NCBI GenBank assembly: GCA_964016885.1
Contig: OZ024756.1
Span: 29,574,001 to 29,638,000, forward strand
DNA from: Eledone cirrhosa
Lineage: Eukaryota
Length of the DNA stretch: 64,000 nucleotides
Reading direction: 5' to 3'
Made by a program: the position numbers and the translations under genes. The notes under the pieces were generated by a model that worked only from the letters and a program-made list of their open reading frames with translations, was not told the DNA's origin and did not search any database. Of the stretch, positions 1 to 14,328 are shown in pieces; position 1 is the first letter of the stretch; each line of letters begins with the position of its first letter.

Positions 1-59
1 AATAAATATTGCCTGTACAGGTAATCAAAATGCGTGTACATTTCGGGACACCCTGTATG

Positions 60-100
<41 letters not shown>

Positions 101-402
101 TCTGTTCACACACGGAACAAAATGCGCTATCTAAGGTTTGAAGGTCCAAATCTGACCATCTCCCCTACATTGTAAACGGTGTACGGCGTTGCGTAGACTG
201 GTAGATGGTACTTGGTACTTTATATTTCATAGAAAGACGGACGACAAATCGAAAAAATGCGAGGATGCGGTTCGAACTCAGGACTACGGCTAAATGCTAC
301 AAAACCTTTTTGTCACTTTTACCGATCTGGCCACAAACACTGGCCAAGATAGTTCACTGGATATATGTATATATTATCAGTAATATATATATATAATATA
401 CC

Positions 403-478
<76 letters not shown>

Positions 479-661
479 TCAGGCCAAACTCGTTGGTGTT
501 CAAGTCTAACCAGTTGGTATATATTACAGTCGATCGACTTTCGTCAAATCGGACCAAGGAAACAATGTTTCCATTGGTCTTTCCATATATATATATATAT
601 ATATTTGTGTGTGTGTAGTGAGGTCTAACCAGTTGGTATATATATATATATATATATATAT

Positions 662-831
662 ATGTAGGAGGTGAGTTTTATTGTAGTACAATAAAGCAAT
701 GCAGATATCGGATAAGAAGCACTCTACAGTTTGTAGGACTGGAGTATACATAATATATAAGATCAAAAGATGGTTAAAGGAGTTCCATGTATTTTATAAA
801 ATACATGGAACTCTTTTAACCATCTTTTGAT

Positions 832-838
<7 letters not shown>
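662..838 (-). mobile_element. (TA)n-embedded short element with terminal near-perfect palindrome (about 753-838); PLE/retrozyme-like remnant
   Basis: TATAAGATCAAAAGATGGTTAAAGGAGTTCCATGTATTTT is followed directly by its reverse complement. TAGAGTGCT motif variant at 718-726 on the minus strand; flanked by (TA)n. Confidence 0.5.
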
Positions 839-873
<35 letters not shown>

Positions 874-1188
874 AGTGAACGAGGTATCGTTTAAGGTAAT
901 CCAAGTAGAGGTTACGAGTAATCTGTACCGTGGAGGATTTTAATGTGCGGCGTTCATTGTGTATATATACATACACATATATATTTGTGTGTGTAGCCAA
1001 ATCTAACCAGTGTGTGTGTGTATATATATATATATATACTGCATATATATATTTGTGTGTGTAAAATCTAACCATATATATATATATATATATATGGAGA
1101 ATTAGTATATCTACCAACATATATATACAGATGCATACCTATGCTAGCAAATATATGGTTAGATTTTACACTCACAGATATATATATA

Positions 1189-1227
<39 letters not shown>

Positions 1228-1803
1228 CGTATATATTTGTGTGTAGCCAAGTCTAACCAGTGGGTGTGTATATATATATGTGTGTGTGTGATCAATTATA
1301 TACACCGGTATGTACATTGTATAGTCACCGAAATGCTGCTTTATTTCACCCACCATCCGATGTTATACACAATAAAACCACAGTCGTAGAGACAATTCGA
1401 ACTTGAAACATACATAAAGATATTTAGTGCGGCGCCCTACCGCTTATTTCTAATCCATTTTGCATAAAATATTTTATAAATCAATTTGAATTAAAATAAT
1501 AATTTTCTTAAGCGTCAAAAAAAAAAAAAGAAAAAGAAAAGGAGAAACGAACATCATTTTTTGCCGAAGCAACGAACACAACCACAATAAAAACACATTT
1601 GTAGATATATATGTGTGTGTGTATATATAGACATATAGACATATATATAGATGTTATAGCTATGCATACGTATTTACAAATATACATACATTTTCCATAT
1701 ATATATATAGAGAGAGAGAGATATATATGTATTACGTCAGTTTGTGATTGTATGTGGGTGTATAATAACAATAATATATATATATATTTATTAGAAATCT
1801 TAC

Positions 1804-1867
1804 CTGAAGTTTGAATTAGAGCCGTTAAAACAACAAATATAGAAACCAAACGGCGGTTGCTTTCCAT
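1804..1867 (-). CDS. Putative first coding exon encoding a signal peptide (MESNRRLVSIFVVLTALIQTS+G); the gene would continue leftward out of the window
   Basis: ATG at 1867-1865; basic n-region (RR) and hydrophobic h-region (LVSIFVVLTALI). The frame ends at a canonical donor CAG|GTAAGA after 64 nt (phase 1), typical of signal-peptide exons. Unique, non-microsatellite sequence. Confidence 0.55.
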
Positions 1868-2404
1868 GATTGAAACAGATTTTTTTTTATATATATATTA
1901 GATTATATCGGTTGTATTTGGTTAGGTAAATTACCAGACGACAATTGAATTGGTTTTGTGTATATATATATATAAATATGTACACAATGAGCAACCGGAT
2001 ATAATTTTTCACTGAAATATGCTTCTTGTACGATAATTTATAGAATCATACAATAAAAAAAAATCTCCGAAATTATTCCTTCCTCTCTGTTGTTGATTTC
2101 CTCACTAGTGATGGTTACAAACATATATATATGTATATATATATATTAATATATATTAATATTTTTTGCTTTCTTCTCTTTAAATCCAGGTAGCAAAAGA
2201 TGCTGGTTGATATTACTCCTCTCAAATAGGTTTATGTATATATATATTTTTTTTTTAAACATATATATATATATATATATATATAATCTGGGATTTTTCT
2301 TCCTTTGTAAAGTACAAACTGTTATAATATTATTATTATTATTTTTAGGATTTTAAAAAGACTTTAATTTATACATACATATATATATAAAATATATATA
2401 TACA

Positions 2405-2447
<43 letters not shown>

Positions 2448-3117
2448 ATATATATATATATATATATATATCAAAATTTAAGTCTTCAGAGCATCGATCT
2501 CAGATCTCATATGTAATGTGTATTAGATAGAAGAAAAACAACATATATAAATATACACACTACTGTAAGGAACAACTCTTCAGTAAAAGCCACCTCGTTG
2601 AATATTCTCTTCCTTCTACTACACTCACTCACTCTCTTTTGCCACTCTTTCTACCACCTCTTCCGACACACTCTCTCTCTCTATCTCTTTCTCTCTATCT
2701 AGCTCACACTCTCTTTCTATCTCTTTCTCTCTATCTAGCTCACACTCTCTTTCTATCTCTCTCTCTCTATCACATACACACACTCTCTCTATCTCTTTTT
2801 CTTTCTTTCTATCTCTCACACACTCTCTTTCTATATATTTATCTCTTTATATCGTTCTCTCTCTCTCCTTCCCTCTTGCTATTGCTCTTCCTTACCTTTA
2901 TTTTTTTATCCTTCTCTGGCAGTTTCCCTCCCCCTCTCTCTTTTACTTACTCATTTCTCTCTGTATAAATTATATCTCTCTTCTACACACAGTCTCCACC
3001 TTTCTCTCTATCTTTCTATCTTATACACTCTTTCTCTCTATATTATTTATATATTTTACACACTCTCTCTCTCTCTCTCTATTTCTATTGATCTCTACAT
3101 TTCTATTTCTCCTCTAT

Positions 3118-3272
<155 letters not shown>

Positions 3273-3292
3273 CATAGAGAAGAAATAACCTC

Positions 3293-3330
<38 letters not shown>

Positions 3331-4014
3331 GAGGTTATATTTAATTTGTTGGGATTCAACAAGCTTTAAAATGTTTATAACTGATATAAAGCACTCAACA
3401 TTTATTAATATATTGTATATATATATATATTGTATATATCGACGGGGAGAGAGAGAACATAGAGGAGTAAGAGAAATATATATACATATATATACACATA
3501 TATATATATATATATATTATATATAAAGTTGCTCTAATGTATGTATATGCAACATACTATCTGTCTATCACTTTTACTCTATCTATATCTAACCCTCTCA
3601 CATACACACTCTCTATTACATGTATTGCTAATCCCCCCCACACATATACACATATTCTAGCCCCACACCGCACCCCTCCCATTATCAATCCCCTTATTCG
3701 TTGAATTTCAAAAAATCTACAAGAAATACAAACTTGTTTACGAGACATATACACATACATGTGTATAATATCATATCAATATTAATTTGTGGACATAAAA
3801 AAAGATAGAGAAGAAAAAGAAAAAAGCAACGAAAGAAAGAGAAGTGGGAACAGAATGATAGACTCTTCACCCCATCTTTCTCTGTTTTTCTCTTCTCTCT
3901 TTTACTTTTTACCTATTTATCTATCTATTTCCTTCTCTCCTGTTTCACCCTTCTCTCACTTTTACTCTTTCACTATCTATCTAACTATTCCCCCTTCCTC
4001 GTTCTATGTTGATC

Positions 4015-4058
<44 letters not shown>

Positions 4059-5019
4059 ACCCTTCTCTCACTATCTAAATTCATATCTAACCAACTGTCT
4101 TCCCCTCGCTCTATGTCGTTCTCTCTCTCTCTCTATCCCTCCTTTCACCCTTCTCTCACTCATACTATTTCCCTCTATCCATCTATCCCCTCCACTCTCT
4201 CTCCGTTACTTCCTCCCATCACCCTTTTCCCACTCGTACTGTTTCCTTCTATCTATTCAGCTATTAATCACCCCCTCCCTTCTCACGTCTCTCTCTCTCT
4301 CTCGGTCCAGCACTCTCTCCTCCTCTCTATGTCAAAGCCACACACTCTCTCTCTCTCTCTCAGTCCAACACTCTCTCCTCCTCTCTATGTACAACACACA
4401 CACTCTCTCTCCCTCCCTCTCTCGCACTAGGTCTGTCTCTCTCTCTCTCTCTCTGTTTACTCTTTCACTCTATCTATTCAGCTATCAACCACCCATCCCT
4501 CTTTGCTTCTTTCTCTGTCCAGCACTCTCTCCTTCTCTCTATGTCAAACACACACACACACACACACACTCTCTCTCTCCCCTTTCCTCGCTCTAAGTCC
4601 GTCTCTCTCTCCGTTCATCTCCCTCCCTGACTCTAAGTCCCTCTCTCTCTCTCTGTTACTACCTTCTACCTACTACTCACTCTCTACAACCTGTCTCTCA
4701 GCTTCCTTAACCTGTTTCCACCTACAATTTTCGGTTGGTTTTCGAAAAAGAAAAAAAAAGAAAAATCCTACAATTCTTAATCTGGTTAGGGATGCCAAGG
4801 CGGCAGTATGATCTTGTGTTTTCTGCATGTCGGAGGCGCACATCGCTATATGCTTTCTTCCAACCAAAACTGATATACCAATACTGTGCATATATGAATA
4901 TATATGCACATGTGCAACACTATCTATCTCTTTGCCATATACTATCTATATAAACAGAATATACGTACATGTATATATGTTTATACACACACATTACACA
5001 TATATATATATATATATAT

Positions 5020-5243
5020 AGAAAGGAACGATCGACTTTCGTCAAATCGGACCGAGGGAACAATGTTTCCGTTGGTCTTTCCAATTGCTAATACTATCTA
5101 TCGGTCGCAACTCCAGGTAGAAGGAGCAACGTGAAATAAAGTGTCTTGCTCAAGGACATAACGCATCGCCTGGTCCAGGAATCGAACTCACAACCTCACG
5201 ATTGCGAATCCAATTCTCTAACCACTCAGCCACACGCCTTCAC
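5020..5243 (-). mobile_element. tRNA-derived SINE (family B head, CORE-like) with an alternative 3' tail
   Basis: Minus strand reads GGCGTGTGGCTGAGTGG (A box)...GAGTTCGATTCC (B box)...CCTTGAGCAAGACACTT. The tail segment is also found at about 530-585. Confidence 0.7.
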
Positions 5244-5260
5244 ATATATATATATATATA

Positions 5261-5461
5261 ACGAAGGAAATGTGATAAGGCACCAGATGGACCATAACGC
5301 ACCAAAGTACTCAAGACTTAGGTTAGTAGAGTGGGTAATAGGAACAAGTAAGACCCTGACGGCAACTCAAGCCGTTTCGACGGGTAATTCTGAACTCAAG
5401 AGTCCAGAATTAGCCGTCGAAACGGCTTGATCTCTGCCGTCGGGGTCTTACTTGTTCCTAT
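5261..5461 (-). mobile_element. Family D short (TA)n-embedded element with inverted 5' duplication
   Basis: Arms GGAACAAGTAAGACC...CGACGG-TAATTCTGAACTC / GAGTCCAGAATTAGCCGTCGAAACGG...CTTGTTCC. Homologous copies at about 18230-18280, 25770-25940, 27510-27685, 28045-28345, 31465-31580 and 60342-60375. Confidence 0.75.
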
Positions 5462-5873
5462 ATATATATATATATATAGCGTGAAACTAAAAACCATATC
5501 ATTTGTACTGCCTCTGTTTTTTTGTTCTCTGTCCATATTTTAAAACTATATATATATATAAATTTTAGTACAGCATTGACGAAGCTTTAGAATACGGCCA
5601 AGCTAGCGTATAAGCATAATCGGTCTGTAGTTTGAGCACTCGGGTGGTTACGTTCAGACAGCTTAGCAAATCAGATATAGCGGTCGGCAGTTCAGCCGCA
5701 TCACTAGAGCAACGAAAATACAGGACCCAAAATATATATATGTGTAATGCGTGTGTATATACATTATGTATATATAGATGGACGTTAAACGATGATGATG
5801 GTGATATATATGTGTTTGTGTATGTATTTTTATATAGATAGATTGATGTGATACATTATATATGAGGGAGATG

Positions 5874-5924
<51 letters not shown>

Positions 5925-6542
5925 CAGATGGTATAGATTTGTATATATATATATATACATGTATGGATGTGTCTGTACAAATATGTTATGTCTGTTTGTG
6001 CGTGTATTAGTTCCTTGTTCGATAGTAACTAGATTACGTGGTCCGATCAACTATAACATACGGGAAAAAGGAAATTATAGAATGTATCTCCCGTATATTT
6101 GCTAATATGATGGAGCGCGCCATCTATTTCATGTTTATAATATATTTATGTGTGTGTGTGTCTCTGTGTGTGTATAAGAGATCGATGAAATAAGTACCAG
6201 ACTTGAAAAAAATAAAGTTCTGGGTGGGTGAGGGAACATTCGACTAAATCGAGGCGGTGCATCAGTATGGTCGCAGTCTAATGACTCTAATAAGTAAAAG
6301 AATGAATATATACCGTACATATGTATGTGTGTGCATATATATATATAGGGTCTCCCCCAAAAATATATAGTTTTATTAGAATGCTGTTGAAGTATGTATA
6401 CATCTTTGGGACACCCTGTATATATATATTTATATATATATATATGTGTGTGTGTGTCATATATATATATATATATAATCACTGACGAAGGACTTTTTAT
6501 CATATGTAACCCATGTGCAACCACGCAGTATTCTTTCTTCTC

Positions 6543-6582
<40 letters not shown>

Positions 6583-6713
6583 CAAGAAAGTAAGTGTTGG
6601 TAAAATCCAGTACTTCAGTATGCGGATAGGGAGCACTTAACGAAGATATAAGTTCCTGAGTTATAATAGTGACGAAACATAAGTCAATTGCATGAATTCA
6701 TAATCCTTTATTT

Positions 6714-6769
6714 ACTGCTATATATATTTCGATGATAGCCATTGAATGGCTATGACCTCATCAGGCAGT
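6714..6769 (-). ncRNA. Type I minimal hammerhead ribozyme motif
   Basis: Minus strand: ACTGC-CTGATGA-GGTCATAGCCAT(TCA)ATGGCTATCATC-GAAA-TATATA-TA-GCAGT. Stem I 5 bp, stem II 11 of 12 pairs, palindromic stem III, AUA cleavage triplet. Confidence 0.8.
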
Positions 6770-7470
6770 TAGTCAGTTCTTAGATATGCCAGCTCTGTGT
6801 TTATAGTGTTGATGGTATCAGAGCTTGTTAGGAATAATTTAATGTTGTCAGCAGGAATAGTCTTGATTCTCATTGGTCAGTTTGTAGATGGTAGTAGGGT
6901 TGGTATTTGACCTCAAAGAAGCAGGTGGTTTTTTCGAAAGAACGTTGTGTTTGATATGTTATGAAATAATTGATGAGTTTAAAAATTTGTATGAAATTGT
7001 AAATAAGACAATGAATATTGAAAGCGACTACGGAAAATAACTCATCCAAGTATTAGAACAGGGAAAAATAATTCACCGGAAGCGTTAGTAAATAGATAAG
7101 TTAGAGATTTGAAACCTCGTCTATTTGCTTCCTTGGCACTTTTTACATAGGTGTGTAAATTTTCATGTCCGTCCAACCACCTCTACTACCATTTAACCGT
7201 GCACATCTGAATTTCAACCACCACCCATTTCACAAATATATATTAGAATATTTGGTTCGTGAAGATGTTCTCTGGCAATGAACGGGAAAACGCGGAGATA
7301 ATTACGTCGTTATGGACAAAAATACGTTTATGGTATTAAATTCTATTTAGTATAACCGAATGATTCTCGGCTCCTGAGTTTAAGAATAATGTAAATAAAG
7401 TTGTTATACGAAAATGACAGAGGTTATTAAAGTAGTAAAAGATTTAGGCCAGTGCATAAGTATGATATAA

Positions 7471-7529
<59 letters not shown>

Positions 7530-7696
7530 TGTTTCTTTATTAGCCACAGGGGCACAAAAGAAGGGGGCAAATACAAAGGGGGAAGTTTATATACAATAAA
7601 AACGTGTAAAATACTATCACAAATGCAATTTAAAAATTAGTCGATTGGGTAACACATACCCCCGGAAAAAAATGTGCAACCCTCATCTCCAGGAGT
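7530..7696 (-). mobile_element. 3' UTR fragment of the L1/Tx1-like LINE, within (GATA)n
   Basis: Near-identical to 15657-15850 and 16749-16940 apart from an internal deletion; (GATA)n on both sides. Confidence 0.8.
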
Positions 7697-8007
7697 ATGA
7701 TAGATAGATAGATAAATAGGGCAACGAAAGTAAGCCTAGTGTAACCCCCACCCGCAATACCTGCCCCACTACAGTCGGGCAGGGAGTGTTGAAAATAAGA
7801 CCCATTCGTTATACCACCGAACAAAACCTTTCAATACCACATTTCTCATAAAACCAAACATTGCCTGTAGTTTTCAAATCATTTAAAAAATAATCGGGAC
7901 TTTAGAGAGATTAATTTAGAAATAATATAACTAACTTTCTCATCATTAAGTTGTTGTTTTGGAACAATTTAACAAAGGTTCTTACATACAATTATGATGA
8001 AAGATAC

Positions 8008-8050
<43 letters not shown>

Positions 8051-8191
8051 GGGCCACTTGAAATAATGTATGCATGTGTATATATATGATATATATATTG
8101 TACATAGGAAAGGAGAAAGGATCAGTCGGAAGCCGCTACTTGTGACCACTTTTGGAATGGATTCATTTACAAATAATAATAAAATCCTGGA

Positions 8192-8222
<31 letters not shown>

Positions 8223-8228
8223 TCATTA

Positions 8229-8423
8229 TATAATTGTTTCTACTTTTGGCACAAGGCCAGCAATTATCTCAGTGTATTACTGGTACTTTATTTTATCGAC
8301 CTCGTAAGGATTGAAAGGTAAAGTTAACCTCGGCGGGATTTGAACTCAGACCATAAAGGGGCGTAACTCAATGCTGCAAAGCATGGCGTCTGACCCTTTA
8401 CTGATACTGCCAACCCACCACCC
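8229..8423 (-). mobile_element. tRNA-derived SINE family A
   Basis: Reverse complement of the family consensus: TGGCAGTATCGG A box, GAGTTCAAATCC B box, CCTTTCATCCTTACGGGGTCGATAAAATAAAGTACCAG core, ...GCCAAAAGTAGAAACAATTA tail. Confidence 0.85.
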
Positions 8424-8601
8424 AATCATTATGAAATATTAATATATAAGGGAACAAAGAATCAGTGTTCCATCATATACATATTTAATTATATATTACG
8501 TTTCACTGTAGATCAGCTCGAAGAACGATCTGTTAATGATCGAACCTGACTCTGGAATCGGAAGCAGATATGTTTTAACATGTAGAATCGTGTCATTACA
8601 T

Positions 8602-8671
<70 letters not shown>

Positions 8672-9220
8672 CAATTATTTGGAATACCGAGCTGCTTACA
8701 CCTTAAATTCATGAGTAAGGAATTCAGTTGAATTCTTGAATTTAACAACTGAATGTTCGTCGTCTACACCGACGGAGGATCCTCAAATACCACTACCGCC
8801 GCCATTAAGCTTGGAGAGCTCTTAATTTTTCCCCTTCAAAGCTTAGATCGTACTCAAGCACAGGAAGATATGGGTCGCTCTCCGATAGATTTATAGTCGA
8901 GTCTGTGGCAGTGGAGACTTCGAACGTTCTTGGTTCCACCCGAACCACATCCATACTCACTGCTATCGTTAGAATGGTTGTTCCAACCCGTCTCCCTCGC
9001 CATCCTCTCGACTAACGTCTTTTCCATTTTGTCTGCTGAGATCACGAAGCTGATTAACCCTTAAAGGAAAGTGAAGTTGTCTGTATGCAGATCAAATGAG
9101 AATTCAAGTATATACTAACCATAACACAATTATCCGCTAAATACTTGATCATTTGGTTTTACATACAACCTAAACTTCGTCGTCACCTATATATATATAT
9201 TGGATATCAATCTAAACCCT

Positions 9221-9298
<78 letters not shown>

Positions 9299-9334
9299 AT
9301 ATATATAAAGGTTTACATATTGACCCGTTGCAAA

Positions 9335-9375
<41 letters not shown>

Positions 9376-9376
<1 letters not shown>

Positions 9377-10170
9377 TTATTAAAATAACAGATTAAAGTT
9401 TAAGCAAAGAATCGCTGCTTTCACCCTTAACGGGATCTTCTGAAACTAACAAAGTCAATCTGTAAACGCAGAACTGGATATTTCAAAAAAACGTTGCAAC
9501 CGGAGGAAGACAGGAAGACGATACTTTGGTTCGTGGAAACGTTCGCTGGCAAACAACGGGGAAAAACGAATAATACGTCATTAATAGGAGCAGTGAAAAA
9601 CAATTACGCGCAAAGACAGAACCACGTTGTATTTATTTGTTTCTATTACTTCTGTATTGTATTTATTTACTTTGTTCTTAACTCTGTAGCGGAGATTCAT
9701 TTGGTCTCCTAGTTTGAATTTTAGTCTACGACTTCTGCTATACCATTTACGTGGTTTTGTCTTTGCGTGCTATTGTTCTCCACGCTCCACATATGACTTA
9801 TTATCTTCGTTTTTTCGTTCATTGCCAGAGAACGTCTCTATGCACCACCTAAAAGAACATTAGTCTACGACCTCCTTTATACCATAAACGTGGTTCTGTC
9901 TTTGCATGTAATTGTTTTTCACCGCTCCTATTAATGACGTATTATTCGTTTTTTCCCCGTTCTTTGCCAGCGAACGTTACCACGAACCAAAGTATCGTCT
10001 TCCTGTCTTCCCCCGGTTGCAACGTTTTTTTAAATATCCAGTTCTGCGTTTACAGATTGGCTTTGTTTGTTTCAGAAGATCCGTTAAGAGTGAAAGCAGC
10101 GATTCTTTGCTTAAACTTTAATCTGTTATTTTAATAAATATTTGCTCTACGGTTCTTATATATTTGATAT
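9376..10170. mobile_element. Foldback element with about 250-bp inverted arms (9376-9629 / 9886-10139)
   Basis: Arms are reverse complements starting TTTATTAAAATAACAGATTAAAG. Further copies at 32431-32805 and 59910-59996, plus a fragment at about 7250-7320. Confidence 0.8.
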
Positions 10171-10225
10171 ATATTTTCCTTATCGAGCCCTCTTTGGATT
10201 TTAGTCTTCAATTTTATTATTATTA

Positions 10226-10309
<84 letters not shown>

Positions 10310-10913
10310 CCAAAAGCACTCAATAAGGAATTTTACCTTAGAGTTATAACATTACGTTTAGACAGTTATGCAAATTGAAATATATATGGTCCCGTAACTC
10401 CTGGTGAAGTTGTGACTTACGGCGTTCCTAGGGTATTTTTAAACCTGGCGGAGCCCATCTTCTCTCGAGAGAACGACAGAAAGTGAGAAAGATATATAGA
10501 GGAAGAATCGACCCCCAGTACTAGAGAGGTGCTTTTTTTATCGACCTCGAAAGGTTGAAGGCAAAGTTTTGGATTTCAGTTCAGAGAACAGAAGGCCGAA
10601 ACGAACATAGCAAAGCATTCTATCCGACGTTCTAATGATAAGGGACTGCTATGTGTTTCGTTAGTTTTCCGTTGTCTTCGCCCGCCGGTTTTGATACATT
10701 GTTTATAATCCTGGCCAGGCTGGTCGCTTTTTCAAATTGATCTGTGATTATTCATGTTTATTTATATGTTAATCAATTTCTAGTTATTATAAAATGCTCG
10801 GACCTACTCGTTAGAATCTTAGAGCTTATTTTGCGGGTGATATGGCGCATGTCTTTCTGGCATGACACCCATAATTTTGATTTAGATTAAATTCATTTGA
10901 TTTATCTTAATTT

Positions 10914-10965
<52 letters not shown>

Positions 10966-11473
10966 TATAGATATCAAAATTATGCATACAAACTAATCGA
11001 AGAGGAAAGATAAGTGATTAGTTATGAGAATAATATGCCAGTAGTGAGGGGGATAGTGTGTGCTCAATGCGTATTAGATAAGAGCAAGTGAGTAAGCGAG
11101 AATAATAATGTCAAGTAAAAAATTGTATAAGTAGAGCTTTAATACAGAAATTAATTTTAATTTCTGTATATATATTTGTTCTGCAAGGTTTTTTCATATT
11201 ATTTCTGGCAATATTATAACAATATGACCCTTCCCAAGTATTTATGTATATATAATTGTCAATGAAAAATGTTGCTATGTGGAGTAAGTATATATTTTTA
11301 TCAATTAACTTAGTTACCAAATTACGAAATACATAATTTAGTTGTTCAATAATTCAATTGCAAAATCAAAAAGTTATACTTATTGAAAATTCACTGATTA
11401 TCAAGCGAGTTTGAAGCTATTTCCTCGAGAAATGTAGAGAGGAGAAATCGCAAAGAAAACCTTTTATAAAACC

Positions 11474-12066
11474 ACTAGCATTAAAGCCCGGCGTTGCTCG
11501 GGGTGAGTAAGTTACCAAAGTTAGGTTGCACCACCCATTTTATGGCAGCACTTTTTTGTCTGCCAGGCACTGGGTGAATGAATTGCAGACCTGGACTGCC
11601 GAAGCAGGAGCTGCGCCAGCAGTGACAATTGTAGTTTCGCCTATGGATATTATCTCTGTGCAAAGAAGTGTTGAAATTTATTGTTTCACAGTACTTGCGC
11701 AACACGCGCGTAGACGATGCCAGCCGAACAACAGAGCTGCGATGGAGTTGTTCTGCATGGTTGTCTAATGTGTGTTTTATAAATTTAAGACAGTAGGGAG
11801 AGGTGTGATATGGGGGAGAGTTAGCTGCTGTTTCTAGCAGGTTTAGTGACCTCATAGAGGATATTATTGTGTATAGTAAATAAACTGATACTTCTTTCGT
11901 CCACGTTCGTTGAGAGATGTTTTAAAAAAGATTTATCGGTATTTTTTTTTTTGTTGAATAAATTTATCTGTTGCTTTTGAATAATTGTTGTTTCGTATGA
12001 AATGTAATAAGTTCTCTTTGTCATTGAAGTAAATAAATGTTTGACCGTTCCACACTCAAAAACAAA

Positions 12067-12135
<69 letters not shown>

Positions 12136-12478
12136 TTCTCTCTCTCTTCGGCGTTCCTAAAGGAAGTGTGTAAGTTTAATCGTATATAAGAGAAAGTTGC
12201 AGTATGTATGTAGTTTTATCGAATTTTAAGGGGAGTAGGAAGAGAGGTAATCAGATTGTATTAGAGGGGTAAAGCGTCATGTATTTAGTTTTATCGATTA
12301 TTTCCGTAATTGTGGGTGAGTTTGAATGAAATAAATAGTCGTTGACCTAAGTTAGACCATTTATAACATTCTTACAGACTTTGAGTCGAATCGGTTTGAA
12401 ATTGTGCAAATGTATAAACATGGAACATGCACACACACACAAAAAAAACCCAACAATCTGCCTTTTATAGATAATGAT
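11474..12478 (+). mobile_element. Non-autonomous Helentron/DINE-1(HINE)-like rolling-circle element
   Basis: Starts ACTAGCATTAAAGCCCGGCGTTGCTCGGG (subterminal palindrome). Ends ...GAATCGGTTTG...(CA)n...CTTTTATAGATAATGAT, the typical architecture of this group. Confidence 0.55.
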
Positions 12479-13391
12479 TAATTAATGGAAAGATAGATAA
12501 ATAGATAAAAGTAGGGAGTAATTTCAATACCTTGAACCAAACCTTTCAGTTTAACATTACCACCAGGTCTGGCCCTTAGCTGACTTTAGAGCTGTCTAAA
12601 ATATTGTCTGTCACCATTAGGGGCAGGTGTCTTGTTTGATAATACCCCCCTGGGGCCCAGAAAAGGTTTATGAGCATTGATCGCTCATCCTACTAGAAAT
12701 AACAGCCAAAAGCACCTCCAAATCTCAACTGATTGTCTTTCAAAATAGACAGACACATTGAGTTATGTAGTGTTCGAGATACTATGTCTTTAAAAACACC
12801 AGCGGGATAGTCACGACTGGAACGTGATTGACTATTGGCCATACGTCTTTTAGAAATAGCAGTCAAAATCTTCCTCAACTCTCAATCTAGATAGGGTGAG
12901 AGAGAGAAAGAAAGACAGATAGATATATCAATATATATATTTATATATGAGTGTGTGTGCGTGTGACTCGGCTATATATATATACATATATATGTGTGTG
13001 TGTGTGTATGTGTGACTCAGCTATATATATATAGAGAGAGAGACAGACAGGCAGCTAGATAGATAGATAAATTAACGAATAAGGTTGCTATTCTATTGAT
13101 TTGGACGCCGATGGATGGATAGAAAGAAGAATGGAATGGGATGGACGGATGAGTTGGTAAATGGAACTGACAAGGAAGAATGGTAATATCAACCCCTTAA
13201 CCTTCTAACTCGCCGCCGTCTCTCTAATATACCCTTTCTTTCTCTTCCTTTTTTTTCTCTGCTGCTGCTGTTGTTCTGTTGTTCTGTTGTTAATAACAAC
13301 AGCAATTCAATACCAACGCCCAACCTGCTAGAAAGAACAGCCACGTCTCCGCTTATATCCCAAGGCGGCGAATTGGTATATAGTTCTTAGA

Positions 13392-13770
13392 GCAGTCACG
13401 TAGATAAACTGCAGCCCGCGAGTCGCATAAGGCCCGTTTGACTTTCTGAATGGCATGCTTAAAATCAAAATTGCCTTGAATGTTTATAGTAGTGCGGCCC
13501 ATCTTATGATAAGTCACATCCTATGCGGCCCACTGCTCGAAAAAGGTTGCCCATTCCCGCTTTAGTGAGTAGGATAAAATGTCTAAAGGCAGGTATGCGA
13601 CCTTTTACAAGCACACCTGCGGCCCGCACAAAGGTTTTTTCAGCGCGAACATGTTTTATCTTCATAATATAAAATGTTGTCATGTGTGCAATTAGTTATC
13701 AAGTGTGGCCCTCAGACAACACATATGTGACCCATGTGACCTTCAGAGGATTTTCAGTTTGACATGCCTG
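13392..13770. mobile_element. Two adjacent hAT-type MITE remnants
   Basis: Repeated GCGGCCC subterminal motifs; terminal GTTTGACATGCCTG at 13757-13770 matches the TIR of the 48036-48249 element. Confidence 0.65.
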
Positions 13771-14328
13771 ATCTTGACTATATTTTAACCTGTAATCCAT
13801 GTTTAATTTCTGTTGCACCTTATTTCTCGCCCTCCCCCCTCTCTCTTTCTCTCTGTGATATTTAAATCTACTATGATTTGGGCTTACCTTATTCATATAT
13901 ATGTTTTTGCATGTCAGTTAGATTCAAACTTACAATGATTGGCATTATATATATATGTGTGTGCGTGCGCATGTGTGTGTGTCCATGGAGTGTAACGCGA
14001 AGTTACTGCTGCAGGTTGACCCAGGTGAGCACTCGATGTTTAGGTTCACATCAGTATCGAGGTGTAGAGCTAAACAGAGTGTAATATAGTGATACAAGGA
14101 CGAATGGTTACTCCTTCATTACGTTTATTGGTTGGTGACGTGCGTTTCGCTACTGATCAGCTCAAGGTTCGATCTGACCCGACTCTGGAATCAAAACAGT
14201 TAAACACACATAGGAATAATAAGGTTGTTATACCAAAGATCCAGAAGATTGACAAGTCGACCCTAAATATGACTAATAACCCTAGGAAAGCCATGAACGA
14301 CACCACTTCTTTATAACTTTCATTTTGA

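Noticed and set aside
5575-5615. Further hammerhead candidates (5575, 19061, 37686, 39627, 49899, 57199, 59655)
   Set aside because: Each lacks either an intact CUGANGA or the GAAA/UH with paired stems; at best decayed, so not called.
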